64,000 nt of DNA, taken from positions 11,284 through 75,283 of the forward strand of contig CAVTZU010000036.1 of the NCBI GenBank assembly GCA_963739305.1, read 5' to 3'. How positions within the stretch are numbered: the first letter of the stretch is position 1; the number at the start of each line of letters is the position of its first letter. The notes under the pieces are model-generated. The model ran no database searches. It saw nothing but the letters and a program-made list of their open reading frames with translations, and was not told the DNA's origin. The stretch comes from Candidatus Bathyarchaeota archaeon (GTDB taxonomy: Archaea > Thermoproteota > Bathyarchaeia > Bathyarchaeales > Bathycorpusculaceae). The translations under genes were made by a program, and so were the position numbers. Of the stretch, positions 1 through 9,960 are shown piece by piece.

Positions 1-263
1 TTCTCCTTGAGCTCTTCTACAAGGAGCTCAACCTCGAGCAAATCACCATACCTAGCAGGTTTCTTGTACTGGCAAAAGGCTTCAACCCTTGGAAACCAGA
101 GTCCTCTTTCCCTGAAATCGGTAAAGTCGAAACCCAAATGCCTGTAGAACTCCTCTTCAGTTCTTTCAAAGAATCTAAAGTAATTGCTAAAGTGAACGAC
201 TCCCGCGGCGTCAGTGTCGACCCAGGTGACTCTGATAGAAGCTTTGAATGAGCTTTGAGACAT
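1..263 (-). CDS. acyl-CoA thioesterase (YbgC/4HBT hot-dog family), partial, runs off the window edge
   Basis: Not in the ORF track. Manual translation from ATG at 263 gives MSQSSFKASIRVTWVDTDAAGVVHFSNYFRFFERTEEEF...; DTDAAGVVHxxNY is the 4HBT/YbgC signature. Confidence 0.9.
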   Translation of the reverse strand, partial: MSQSSFKASIRVTWVDTDAAGVVHFSNYFRFFERTEEEFYRHLGFDFTDFRERGLWFPRVEAFCQYKKPARYGDLLEVELLVEELKE

Positions 264-272
264 GACACTTCA

Positions 273-749
273 CTAAGGTATCTTGTAAAGGTAGATTCCG
301 TGGGACGGGAACCCCAAGGTTTGATTTTCGCAGAAATTGATCACCTTAGCAGGTTTCCACCCAACAATTTCATAATCGTGACTGATGATGCGTGCTCCGC
401 GCTTGAGTTCGTCCTCCAGTTTCGGCTTGACTTTTTCATTTGCGCTCGTCGTCAAATACAAGAAAACAACATCAGCCGACGTCAAATCCACGTTAAACAT
501 GTCGCCGTTGACTATGGTAATTCTGTCCTGTAAACTCTGCTCGTATATGGTGCTCAACGCCTTCTTAGCGAGGTCTTCCCTTAGCTCAACGCCTACAGCT
601 CTTGCGCCATACTCTTTTGCCGCCATCACGACCGTTCTTCCATCCCCCGCCCCCAGATCGAAGAACACTTCACCCGCTTTCAAGTCGGCCAAGATCAACA
701 TCTGGCGAATCACTTGTACCGGACTGGGAACATAGGGCGCTATGAACAA
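273..749 (-). CDS. class I SAM-dependent methyltransferase (likely protein-lysine methyltransferase type)
   Basis: APYVPSP N-terminus, DLGAGDGR motif I, VGVE, DVVFLYL, ISHDY. Confidence 0.85.
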   Translation of the reverse strand: MFIAPYVPSPVQVIRQMLILADLKAGEVFFDLGAGDGRTVVMAAKEYGARAVGVELREDLAKKALSTIYEQSLQDRITIVNGDMFNVDLTSADVVFLYLTTSANEKVKPKLEDELKRGARIISHDYEIVGWKPAKVINFCENQTLGFPSHGIYLYKIP

Positions 750-820
750 ATTATTCGAACTCCATCGTTCGGTTATTGTTCTCTTATCAACTGATTTTGT
801 CCTTTAAGACTTTCCGTAGA

Positions 821-1150
821 TTAGGAAACGTACGTCGCCTTCTTAGGCTGTGGTTGCCTTGCTTCTCCACACTTCGAGCAGCTCTGAGCACACATTTCAA
901 GGTACTTTGCTTCGTCACCTGTTCCAACGGCTTCGGAGGCTTTCCTGCACATTTCACTCGCCTCATCGCACTTCTCTTCTCGGCAAAGCTTCGATATCGA
1001 TAGGCAGATGTCTTGCACATCTTTGGGTTCGAGCACAGCACGATTAGTGCGCACCAGCAGGCATACTTCTCGAGCCAAAACGCACGTTCTCATATACCTT
1101 ATTCTTTCCAGAATTTCAGAGCGCAGGTTCTTTCGGCTTATTTCCAACAA
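821..1150 (-). CDS. Cys-rich helical hypothetical protein (four C-x6-C motifs)
   Basis: 109-aa ORF co-oriented with neighbours, GAGGAAG upstream, 9 Cys in helical spacing. Confidence 0.65.
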   Translation of the reverse strand: MLEISRKNLRSEILERIRYMRTCVLAREVCLLVRTNRAVLEPKDVQDICLSISKLCREEKCDEASEMCRKASEAVGTGDEAKYLEMCAQSCSKCGEARQPQPKKATYVS

Positions 1151-1270
1151 ATCTTCCTCTTGACGAATTATTGAGAGTCACGTTCATTAGGTTTCACATT
1201 CATTTAAAGATTGTTTACTACAAGTAACTCAGAAACTAATATGTGTGAAGATGCCGAAAACGTTTTTCCA

Positions 1271-4150
1271 TCACCAAAAACGCTTGCTCAATGCTTTACG
1301 TTCAATCTCAAGCACCAATTCATAAAACTTGTCGTTAGGCTTAGCTTGCTTCTCAAGAATTGTCTTTACATCGTTGGGCGAAATTCTTCTGGCAGACAAT
1401 GCAATTGCAGCTGGTTTACCGTATTTTTCGACCAGTTTCCCTGTCAATATAGCACTATCGTGAAGTTTCTCCTCGACCTTCGTGAGCTTCTCGCCCTTCT
1501 TCTCTATGATAGGCGTCACTTTCTCTTCCTCAACCTTCACTAGGCCCAAAGCTCCAGAACCACATCTTGGACATTTCGGCCAGTCGGGCAGGTCTTTGAT
1601 ACTAATAGTTTCCGAGTAACTCCAACAGGTCGTGCACAGAAAAGTGCCAGTTTCACTTAGCAACCGTGCTGCAGCCGACTCCACAAGAACGGCTCGCATG
1701 CGTTCAGGCGGAATAAGATCGGTCTTCATACTGATGCGTTCTATACCCAGTCGTGCAATCGGAGTCGCGGTGCCCGCGTTTTCCACCCTCTCAATCGTTA
1801 CATCACCTTGACGCATCGCTCTAAGAACGCAAATCAGATTGTCTAAATCGACGTCTTTAGTGAAAACCTCTTTCAAAGCTTCTTCATATATTGGGGTTCC
1901 CTCAAAGCTCTTAACGAGCCGTTGAAGACTTACGCTGCTGAAGTCAGCCCATTTTTCTAGCGCCCCGAACCTGTGGGCAACGTGAATCATTCGGCGCTTG
2001 AACAAACCAGTCTTGACAGCCGCGTTTCTCAGATGATCCCTCACGTTATCCTCTGACAAGCTTTGGACGTCTTTTAGCAAGTCTGCCATTTGATCCGAAT
2101 TGACGCTGCCCATGGTCTGCACGAAAATTCGATATGGATCATGTTGAACAACGGCTGTGAAACCCATCTTGTCGGAAAGCAACTCACCGATCAACAATGC
2201 GAGAGCCCTGTTTGTAAGCGAACCGAAGTTAGCGTGAATAAGAATGAATTCTTTCCAGTCCTCAACTATAATTCTTTTGTCCGTAGGAGCCGGATACCCC
2301 GCATTGACATGCTCGATAGTCTCGGACAAAGCGCGCAAAACTGTGTCTGCGTCCGCAGGATACTGTTCACTGAGCCTCTTGGCAATACTGTCGGTTGATG
2401 ACCCTTTACGAAACTGTCTCTCAACGAAACCTCTTATCGCTCCGACTTCCTGAGAAACCGTGAAAGGAACAGGGATCTCCTCTCCAATCCAGCTGGGAAT
2501 AGCCCCAGTAGGATCTTCAATCGGTCTGACGTGCACTTTCTTTTCGTCAACGTGTTGGATAATCCAAGGTGAACCTCGGATGATGAACTTTGTTCCTGGC
2601 TTTCCGAACTCTGCCATGAATGCTTCATCCAAAACTCCGACGGCTTGATCGCTTGATTCGTCCACCACAAGAAACTGTTTCTCTTCAGGAATCATCGACA
2701 AATTGTCAAAATAGTATTCAAACAGGGCTTTAGTCTGACGGGGTCTCAGAATCATTTTGTCTTCGAAAGAGACCCAAGCTAACCTCGGAAAGCGCCCGTG
2801 CATGTACTTCATAACTCCCGCGACATCTTCCTCTGTGAGATTCTCATAAGGGTAGGCATTCCTGAACGTCTCCAAAATCTCGCTGAACGCGAGCCTTCTG
2901 TTCTTTATCAACAACCCTGCGATCTGATGTGCTAGAACATCGTATGGTTTCGGGGGAATTTGAACGGGTTCAAGGTTCTCCTTTAAAGCCATCTTCGCGA
3001 TCGCTAATGCTTCAAGGGCGTCATCGGAATCTAAGGCGATTATTATACCTTCAGCAGTTCTTCCGACGCTGTGACCGCTTCTTCCAACCCTTTGAATTAG
3101 CCTCGTTGCTTGACGAGGACTCATGTACTGGATGACCAAGTCAATCCTGCCCACGTCTATCCCCAGCTCAAGTGAACTCGTGCACACGAGCCCTTTCAGT
3201 TCACCGCTCTTCAGGCCTCTTTCGGCGGCCAAACGGGATGGTTTCGCGAGGGAGCCATGATGTATGGATACGGGGAAATTCATATCCCAGACTTTCAGGC
3301 GGCTTGCGAGGACTTCTGAAATTGCGCGTGTGTTCGTGAACAACAAAACAGACTTGTGTTTACTGATGTAGTCTTTTATGATTCTGAGTCTGGCCGCAAC
3401 TTCTGGATGCGTGTAGAGTTTTGAGGCCAGACGCAGATCTTCGTCGTCAGGCTTCGGGAAAACGATTTTGAGCCGCAGAATCCTTGCGACTGGAACTCGT
3501 ACTATTTCGACTTTTCTGTCTTTGCCAACGAGGAAATGAGCCACCTTATCCGGAGTGCCAATGGTTGCTGACAGTCCTATGAGCTGGAAGTCTCTTCCAA
3601 TCATTAATCTGAGCCTTTCTAAAGCTAACGCCAGTTGACTACCGCGTTTGCTGTCCGCTAGCTCATGAACTTCGTCGATTATCACCCAACGCACTTGTTG
3701 CAAGTGTTGGCGCATGATCCAACCGGAAAGAATCGCCTGCAGTGTTTCGGGCGTCGTGATCAAGATTTCAGGAGGCATCCTGGACTGGCGAACCCGTTCC
3801 TTTGTCTCGGTGTCGCCGTGACGGACAGCCAATTTGACGTCGAGGCTGTTGCACCACCACTCAAGCCTCTCGAGCATGTCTCTGTTCAAAGCTCGCAACG
3901 GCGTTATGTACAAGACTTTGATGCCAGGTGTTCCTTGTTGACCTTGTAACAGCATGCTTAGAACGGGGAGGAAGGCGGCTTCAGTTTTGCCTGTTGCTGT
4001 GGGCGAGATCAAGAGGACGTTCTTTCCTTCGAGAATCAACGGAATGACTTTTTCCTGAGGCTCAGTGGGTTTCAGGAACTCCCTCTGCTCAACGAGCCTT
4101 CGAACCGGCTTTACAAGCAAATCAAAAGCATCTGCACGAGACTCTTTCAA
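1271..4150 (-). CDS. lhr: Lhr-family ATP-dependent SF2 helicase
   Basis: SPTATGKT, TPLRALNRD, RHGDT, DEVH, SAT, HHGSL, TSSLELGID, QRVGRSGH, PSWIGE and C-terminal CxxC..CxxC. Start moved to TTG 4150, which follows GAGGT. Confidence 0.93.
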   Translation of the reverse strand: MKESRADAFDLLVKPVRRLVEQREFLKPTEPQEKVIPLILEGKNVLLISPTATGKTEAAFLPVLSMLLQGQQGTPGIKVLYITPLRALNRDMLERLEWWCNSLDVKLAVRHGDTETKERVRQSRMPPEILITTPETLQAILSGWIMRQHLQQVRWVIIDEVHELADSKRGSQLALALERLRLMIGRDFQLIGLSATIGTPDKVAHFLVGKDRKVEIVRVPVARILRLKIVFPKPDDEDLRLASKLYTHPEVAARLRIIKDYISKHKSVLLFTNTRAISEVLASRLKVWDMNFPVSIHHGSLAKPSRLAAERGLKSGELKGLVCTSSLELGIDVGRIDLVIQYMSPRQATRLIQRVGRSGHSVGRTAEGIIIALDSDDALEALAIAKMALKENLEPVQIPPKPYDVLAHQIAGLLIKNRRLAFSEILETFRNAYPYENLTEEDVAGVMKYMHGRFPRLAWVSFEDKMILRPRQTKALFEYYFDNLSMIPEEKQFLVVDESSDQAVGVLDEAFMAEFGKPGTKFIIRGSPWIIQHVDEKKVHVRPIEDPTGAIPSWIGEEIPVPFTVSQEVGAIRGFVERQFRKGSSTDSIAKRLSEQYPADADTVLRALSETIEHVNAGYPAPTDKRIIVEDWKEFILIHANFGSLTNRALALLIGELLSDKMGFTAVVQHDPYRIFVQTMGSVNSDQMADLLKDVQSLSEDNVRDHLRNAAVKTGLFKRRMIHVAHRFGALEKWADFSSVSLQRLVKSFEGTPIYEEALKEVFTKDVDLDNLICVLRAMRQGDVTIERVENAGTATPIARLGIERISMKTDLIPPERMRAVLVESAAARLLSETGTFLCTTCWSYSETISIKDLPDWPKCPRCGSGALGLVKVEEEKVTPIIEKKGEKLTKVEEKLHDSAILTGKLVEKYGKPAAIALSARRISPNDVKTILEKQAKPNDKFYELVLEIERKALSKRFW

Positions 4151-4313
4151 GACAGGCTGAACCTCGGTTGCAGACAGAATAAGCACAGAGTCGGTGGTAA
4201 AAGCATTTTGGACAAGATCGTGGCGAGGCCAATCGTTCGGATTTTTTATTGACAAGCAATGACGGGAAACGACCAGAAGGGTGGATGTTGGAAAAAGAGG
4301 AAAAAGTGGGTGT

Positions 4314-5639
4314 TTACTTCGATTTTGTCATGTGCACGTTTTTCATCAGAACGTAGGGGCTAAGTGAAGGTGGATCAGCTTCTCCCCACCAATGCACGTG
4401 CTGTCTTTCTTTTGAGACACCCACGATGTTTCCGAGCATCGCGAGAGCATTGTCGCTTAATCGCAGGTCCTTCAGAGATTGTTTAATTTCGCCGTTCTCC
4501 ACGAGGAAAATGCCGTCTCTAGGAATTGTGGAGAAGTCTCCTTTTGCATAGTTCTGAAATCGTGTGTACCAAGTGTTGGTGAGGTAAAGTCCTCTTTTCA
4601 TTTCTTCGAAGAGTTCCTCTTTGCCCATTTCGCCTGCGTCCGTTTCAACGCTCCATGCGCCTGGAGCAATCAGGCCCGCGTTGGCCGTTGTGTCTGTTTT
4701 GAAGATTTTTGCGGTTGAGTTGTTGTGAAGATAGGTCTTGAGCACGCCATGATCAATGATGATGTTCTCTTTTGTGGGAACCCCTTCGTCGTCGAACGTT
4801 CTGTTTGACAACGAGTAAGAGGCGGGGTTGTCTCTCAAAGTCACGATTCGCGGGGCTACCTTTTTGCCAAGTTTGTCGACGAAGATGGACATCTGCGTCA
4901 TGATAGAGTATGCCGAAACCATGCCTGCCCATATGCTAACGATGGAGCCGAAGATCAATGGGTCAAATATTACGTCGAAGGCGCCTTCGTCGCCTATTTT
5001 CGGTTTTCTCGCAAGTTTCGCAATTTGTCCAGCTTTTGTTCCTGCTTTTGAGGGTTTGAAGTCTTTGAGCGTCGAGCTGCATTCGACTCCGTGTCCTGAA
5101 GCTTCTCTCTCTGCGAAGGCTCTGATCGAGAGTTCGATCGAAGATCTCGTGTCGGAGCCTGTTGGTCCTTCGGAGGAAGCCAAGTAAACTCTTTCGAATT
5201 TAGTGAGCAGTATTCCGCCGGTGTCAACTTTTGGTCCCACTTCCACCTTTGCGGCTTCTATGGCTTCGAAGACGTGGTCTGTGAGGTTTTTCAGGTCTTC
5301 AATTCTCTTGTCGGCTTTGCTTTTCGAGTAGTTGAATTTGCCTTTTGCGAATCCTCCGAAAGTTGGGCTTTCACTGGAGACTTTTGCCAATTTCAAGAGT
5401 TGCTTGAGGTTCTTGTCAACGTCGATGAAGTTGTGCATCTGGGTTGCGACTAATCTTTTTTTCCAGGCTAACGCGAGGTCTGTGACGTAGTCGTTCCATG
5501 CGACAGTGATGTCTACCTGATTGTTGCTGAAGCGGACCTGTCGGTATTTGCCCTGTGTCGTCTTGGCGATGACCTCGTCTGCACCTAACTGCTTTGCTTT
5601 TGTCACTATTTCCTGTGTTTTGTTCGCTGTGTCGTTCAT
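4314..5639 (-). CDS. TldD/PmbA family protein (PmbA/TldE-like)
   Basis: FDDEGVPT, GVLKTYLHN, no HExxxH; ATG 5639 overlaps the tldD stop (ATGA). Confidence 0.88.
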   Translation of the reverse strand: MNDTANKTQEIVTKAKQLGADEVIAKTTQGKYRQVRFSNNQVDITVAWNDYVTDLALAWKKRLVATQMHNFIDVDKNLKQLLKLAKVSSESPTFGGFAKGKFNYSKSKADKRIEDLKNLTDHVFEAIEAAKVEVGPKVDTGGILLTKFERVYLASSEGPTGSDTRSSIELSIRAFAEREASGHGVECSSTLKDFKPSKAGTKAGQIAKLARKPKIGDEGAFDVIFDPLIFGSIVSIWAGMVSAYSIMTQMSIFVDKLGKKVAPRIVTLRDNPASYSLSNRTFDDEGVPTKENIIIDHGVLKTYLHNNSTAKIFKTDTTANAGLIAPGAWSVETDAGEMGKEELFEEMKRGLYLTNTWYTRFQNYAKGDFSTIPRDGIFLVENGEIKQSLKDLRLSDNALAMLGNIVGVSKERQHVHWWGEADPPSLSPYVLMKNVHMTKSK

Positions 5640-7054
5640 TTTATGAACACTCCCCTCAGCCTCAAGCATGGGCCACCTGTGTACACTGGGACTCCCTGGG
5701 CTGGATCACCTTTGCCGCAAGTGGCTGCGTCAAATTTTACTTGTTTAGAAACGGCGTCGACTGACGTCCAGAATTTTTTCGTCGTGGTTTCGATGACTGG
5801 TCTAGCAATCGGGGCTTTGACTTCGCCTCTTTCTATGAGGTATGCTTCCCTGCCGACGTAGCGTTGGTTGAATCGTTTGTCATCGATGTTCCATTCGGTG
5901 AAGGATTTCATGTAAATGCCGTGGTCGACGTCTTCAAGTAACTCTTCCTCTGTGAGTTTCCCTGGTAGCACAAACGTGTTTGCCATGCGGACTATTGCTT
6001 CACGGTCGTAGTTTATGGATCTTGAAGAGCCGTTGCTGCGGGTCTTGAGTTTGGCGGCTGATTCTCTGTTTTGAAGGAACTCGTTTATGATGCCGTCTTT
6101 GTACAGGAATCTTCGTTTGGCTTTGACGCCTTCGTCGTCGAACATGTAGTAGCCGTAGCTGTACTCGATCGTGGGGTCATCGACGATTGTGACAGCGTCG
6201 CTGCCTATTCTTGTTCCAACCCAGTAGGGACCGCCTTGGTAGATGAAGGATCTTCCGGCTTGGCTCATCTCGCGGCCCAGAATCCTGTCTGCTTCCATCG
6301 GGTGACCGCACGATTCGTGTGCTGCTATTCCAGCGACTTCTGGACCGCACACAAGGTCGGTTTTTTCAGGTTTGACGGTTTTGGCTTTTGCAATGACGTC
6401 TCTCAGGACTTTTGCGTCGTGGATGAGCTTGTCCGCGACTTTCCATTCTTTGAAAGCTTCCCAACCGCCGCTGCGCCCGAATTGTTCGGAGGCTTGTTCA
6501 GTTTTTCCTTGTTCTTCGACCGTGATGAAGAAGTATGCTCCAATCTTGGGGACGAAAGATGATATTTGTGAGCCTTCGGAGTTTACGTAGTACTTTGTGA
6601 TTAAGTCGATAGAGCATTGTGATATTGTGGCGGGTATTTTGACGCCGCAGGAACTGACTTTTTTGTTGATGTCGGTTAGTGTTTCAATTCTTTCTTCGTT
6701 GGGCACGTTCTGAATTTTCTGATTCTGGTCAACCGTCCATTTTGCTTTGACTGCCTTTTCTTTGGTGAAGGACAGTTTTTGTTCTCTGTTTGCTCTTTTT
6801 GCGTATTTGAAGGCAAGGCCTACGATTTGTTTTGCTTCGGTTTTTGACCACAGGTTTGTTGATGCGAATCCGATCCCGCCGTTGGCCATTATTCTCACGG
6901 AGTATCCGCTATCTACGGCTGAGGCATATGCTTCTAGGTTTCCGTTTCTTAGAATGATTCTGTCGGATGTTTGGGCTTGGCCTCTTACTTCGACGTATTC
7001 AGTTTCTTTGGTTTGTGCGTACTCAAGTGTGTAATCAATCAGGTCTTGTTTCAA
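5636..7054 (-). CDS. tldD: TldD metalloprotease
   Basis: HESCGHPMEADR zinc motif, DDEGV, RMANT, CGKGDPAQ. Confidence 0.92.
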   Translation of the reverse strand: MKQDLIDYTLEYAQTKETEYVEVRGQAQTSDRIILRNGNLEAYASAVDSGYSVRIMANGGIGFASTNLWSKTEAKQIVGLAFKYAKRANREQKLSFTKEKAVKAKWTVDQNQKIQNVPNEERIETLTDINKKVSSCGVKIPATISQCSIDLITKYYVNSEGSQISSFVPKIGAYFFITVEEQGKTEQASEQFGRSGGWEAFKEWKVADKLIHDAKVLRDVIAKAKTVKPEKTDLVCGPEVAGIAAHESCGHPMEADRILGREMSQAGRSFIYQGGPYWVGTRIGSDAVTIVDDPTIEYSYGYYMFDDEGVKAKRRFLYKDGIINEFLQNRESAAKLKTRSNGSSRSINYDREAIVRMANTFVLPGKLTEEELLEDVDHGIYMKSFTEWNIDDKRFNQRYVGREAYLIERGEVKAPIARPVIETTTKKFWTSVDAVSKQVKFDAATCGKGDPAQGVPVYTGGPCLRLRGVFIK

Positions 7055-7273
7055 TTCTTTCCATCCTTTGATACTTTATGTGTGTTTGGGGATGAAGTAT
7101 TTCACTTTGCTGGTTTGTTTTGACTTGTGTTTCTTATGAGTGTCCGTGGTTTGTTATGCACCTTGTTCTAGGTTGGTTTCTGCCATGTTGAGTGTTGAGT
7201 GTTGTAGGATGGAAAATTATTTATCTACCATCATGTGAAGACCATGGATATGATGATGTTTGGAGGAAGATAG

Positions 7274-7444
7274 ATGGCTAAGTGTCCCAAATGTGGAACC
7301 GAAGTTTCAAAACCAAGGAAGACGTGGATGATGGCGGGGCGTCCAGATAAGACTGGAAAAAGGATACAGCTTGAAATAGGGCTTTTCGATTGCCCGAAGG
7401 ATCATAAGCCATTCCGGGAAGTCCTAAGCAAGAAGAAGATTTAG
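7274..7444 (+). CDS. Cren7-like small basic chromatin protein with zinc-ribbon Cys pairs (56 aa)
   Basis: Below the ORF-track cutoff. MAKCPKCGTEVSKPRKTWMMAGRPDKTGKRIQLEIGLFDCPKDHKPFREVLSKKKI; GGAGG at 7262; KTW...IGLF...FR pattern as in Cren7; T-tract follows. Confidence 0.8.
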   Translation: MAKCPKCGTEVSKPRKTWMMAGRPDKTGKRIQLEIGLFDCPKDHKPFREVLSKKKI

Positions 7445-7464
7445 ACAATTCGCCTGATTCTCCG

Positions 7465-7490
7465 TCTTTTTCCCTTTTTTTTGTCTTTTT
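7465..7490 (+). terminator. archaeal oligo-T terminator of the Cren7-like gene
   Basis: TCTTTTTCCCTTTTTTTTGTCTTTTT about 20 nt after the stop. Confidence 0.65.
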
Positions 7491-7543
7491 GGGCGTTAGG
7501 TTTTAAAGTGTGCTTTGGCTAGTGGTCAGGCAAGTTTGGTCTG

Positions 7544-8218
7544 ATGGAAGGTTGTTTGTTGGCTGAATCTAGGGCTAGGCGCGTTTGGAAGAATGAGTAT
7601 TTCCAGACGGCTGTCATGATTTTGGTTATTCTAGGAGTCGTCTGGGGCTTTTGGTATGGTTCTCGTTGGGTGTTGAACACGGATTATCCGATGCTTGCGG
7701 TTGCTTCTGGGAGCATGAGTTTGCCGAAGGGTGTGCCTGATGACGGGTGGTCTCGGCCGTTTGATCCGACGTTGCACACGGGGGATTTGATTTTGATTCA
7801 GGGTGTGAATGCTGACGATGTTTATGCGGCGCCGCTTAATGAGAGCGGGGGGCGATCTGGTGACATCTTGGTGTTTCATGCTCCAGGGAGTGACGAGTTG
7901 ATTGTTCACAGGGCGATTCAGAAGGTCGTGCTGGGTGGGGAGGTTTATTTTGTCACGCAGGGCGATGCTAATCTGGGTCCTGGGCCTTATTCGCCTACTC
8001 CTGCGTCCAGTGTTATCGGGCGTGTTGTGTTGCGAGTTCCTTGGATTGGGCATCTCGCTTTGTATATGAGGAACTCGGCTGGCATCGTGATCATTGTCGT
8101 GTTGATTGCTGTGTTGGTTGTTGTTGAATTTGTTCTTCCCGCGGTTACGCATAAGAAGCCTGAAAACAACGTCGACGAGCACGTTGAGCAGAATCCTGAG
8201 ACTGAGAATCCAATATGA
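7544..8218 (+). CDS. signal peptidase I (archaeal Sec11/SipW type)
   Basis: N-terminal TM, VASGSM (Ser), GDL, IVHR (His), TQGDAN, VIGRVV..P.IG, C-terminal TM. Confidence 0.9.
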   Translation: MEGCLLAESRARRVWKNEYFQTAVMILVILGVVWGFWYGSRWVLNTDYPMLAVASGSMSLPKGVPDDGWSRPFDPTLHTGDLILIQGVNADDVYAAPLNESGGRSGDILVFHAPGSDELIVHRAIQKVVLGGEVYFVTQGDANLGPGPYSPTPASSVIGRVVLRVPWIGHLALYMRNSAGIVIIVVLIAVLVVVEFVLPAVTHKKPENNVDEHVEQNPETENPI

Positions 8219-8502
8219 GCTGTTTGGGTCTTCTCGGTTGAGAGGATACGACTGCTCAAGAACTTAATTGTTGGGGCTTAAGACCCACTAGAAAGGAAGA
8301 GAACGAACCAAGTGAGGAATCTTTCCAGCATTCAACTTGTGAGAACAAAAAACCATCTAGCAGCACTTGTTGCCGTATGGAGAATGACCGAGACAACGGG
8401 AATTCCATAAACTGACCGAACTCGAAATAGAACACTGCAGTTCCTCGAAGAATCCAAGCGGAACCAATAGGATCCACATTACATAGCGCGCGCACTTCAA
8501 CA

Positions 8503-8901
8503 TCAATGGCCAGTCTTCTCAGCAGGCTGAAAAATTCGACAAGCATCCTGCTTTCTCCAAAACTCATTGTCATGGTCATAGTGCCTTGGACACTTCCTCT
8601 TCATATAATAAAGACAGTTTCCACATTCACCTTGCGAATCATAGTCAGTAGCAACCTCCTGTTCAACAGGCTGTGATTTCTCGGTCACTTCTTCCTCGTT
8701 CGTCTTGTCCAGTAGGTCGCAGCCTATTTCGCAATTGCTACGCAATGAGCACTTGTAACAACAAGCGTCTTTGATCGTGTTCTGACACTTGTCTTTTCTC
8801 AGAGCTCCCATGTCAGATTCCTTTATCGCTCGACAGCTGTCGTCTCCAACGAGGAATTCGCATTCGGAAACGCGGTCCTCAACAGTTTTCCTCAACAACA
8901 A
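8503..8901 (-). CDS. Cys-rich hypothetical protein (12 Cys)
   Basis: AAAGGAGGT immediately upstream; two Cys clusters joined by an acidic linker. Confidence 0.65.
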   Translation of the reverse strand: MLLRKTVEDRVSECEFLVGDDSCRAIKESDMGALRKDKCQNTIKDACCYKCSLRSNCEIGCDLLDKTNEEEVTEKSQPVEQEVATDYDSQGECGNCLYYMKRKCPRHYDHDNEFWRKQDACRIFQPAEKTGH

Positions 8902-9085
8902 CCTCCTTTAGTCAGTAGCGCGCGCGGTCAACCAATGACAACTTTAAGGATAGCTTTCTGAAAAGGCTTTTCATCATTGACGTTCCTAAAGCGCTAGGAT
9001 TTTTGGTGGCATTCCAAAACCTTCTTCCATTCATGAACATCACTTAAAATCAATCTTGGTAGCACAAATGCCCGAAGACGTGCTC

Positions 9086-9382
9086 TTAGACTATGAACAA
9101 CAAGAGTACCGAAGAAATCAGGCAGAACAATCCTACTAGGAACATGACAGCGGCCGTTGTCCACAGCTTCTTCCTCGTCGGATAGATGCTGTAAAAGAAG
9201 ATCGAAAAAGCCGACAGGAGAAATGTAACGGCTCCAAGCAACAGCGTAAATTTCAATATGATAGGCGCGGTTTCACCACGGAGACCCGTAATTTGCAGAA
9301 CCGTCAAACTCAGCGCAGCTAGAGTTCCTGGGTAGGACGCGTTCACTATCGGTTTTATGAATTTCTCTTCAAATTCTTCCAT
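9086..9382 (-). CDS. small membrane protein (about 3 TM)
   Basis: ATG start, three hydrophobic segments. Confidence 0.7.
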   Translation of the reverse strand: MEEFEEKFIKPIVNASYPGTLAALSLTVLQITGLRGETAPIILKFTLLLGAVTFLLSAFSIFFYSIYPTRKKLWTTAAVMFLVGLFCLISSVLLLFIV

Positions 9383-9622
9383 AATTCAATCTCTTCCGCA
9401 GCAAATGGCCACGTTGTCGATATTAAGTCGGTCAAGGCTTAAACTTTTTGTGAAATCGACCGCATCAACTTCTTCAAGGTGAGACTAGCGCGCGCTAATT
9501 ATTCTTCTAGAACTGTCCTCTCGATTTTTCCAACATACGTATTTAAGAAACCCGAAATGGCTAATTTCGATAAGGAGACAGGAGAAGGCAGATAGGTGCA
9601 GACGGCTCAGAACGTGCGGAAA

Positions 9623-9808
9623 ATGGACGAAGAGTTTCTAGGAGGTTTCTTAAAATCCTACTCTAAACGCTATCAACAGTGGAAGAGGAAAGACCTTCTT
9701 GTAGTAGCGCTTGAAACGATGCCGAAACAAGTCAACACGGACGATGTCATTGACAACTTGATAAAGTTGAAGTGCGAGTTCTCAAAGAGGCTAAGCTACG
9801 AAGGCTAA
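9623..9808 (+). CDS. small hypothetical protein
   Basis: ORF 9596/9623-9808 with purine-rich GGAGAAGG upstream and TATTTAAG further upstream. Confidence 0.45.
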   Translation: MDEEFLGGFLKSYSKRYQQWKRKDLLVVALETMPKQVNTDDVIDNLIKLKCEFSKRLSYEG

Positions 9809-9960
9809 GTTCTCTAGAACCTTCGAACTGAAAACTCCTTTTCCACGCACCAGCCAAGTCTCGGACACTGAAACCAAGGATAAAACGTAGATTTCTTGTT
9901 TGTACACTGAATTCATAATTCTAATAAACAAAACGGGCAAACTTGACGTGAGAAATTGCA

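Noticed and set aside
4314-7054. TldD/PmbA as part of a RiPP cluster
   Set aside because: No YcaO, precursor or transporter adjacent; the pair is common in archaea.
8256-8579. 107-aa minus-strand ORF
   Set aside because: Overlaps the Cys-rich gene, spans the intergenic GCGCGCGC motif and has no recognisable features.
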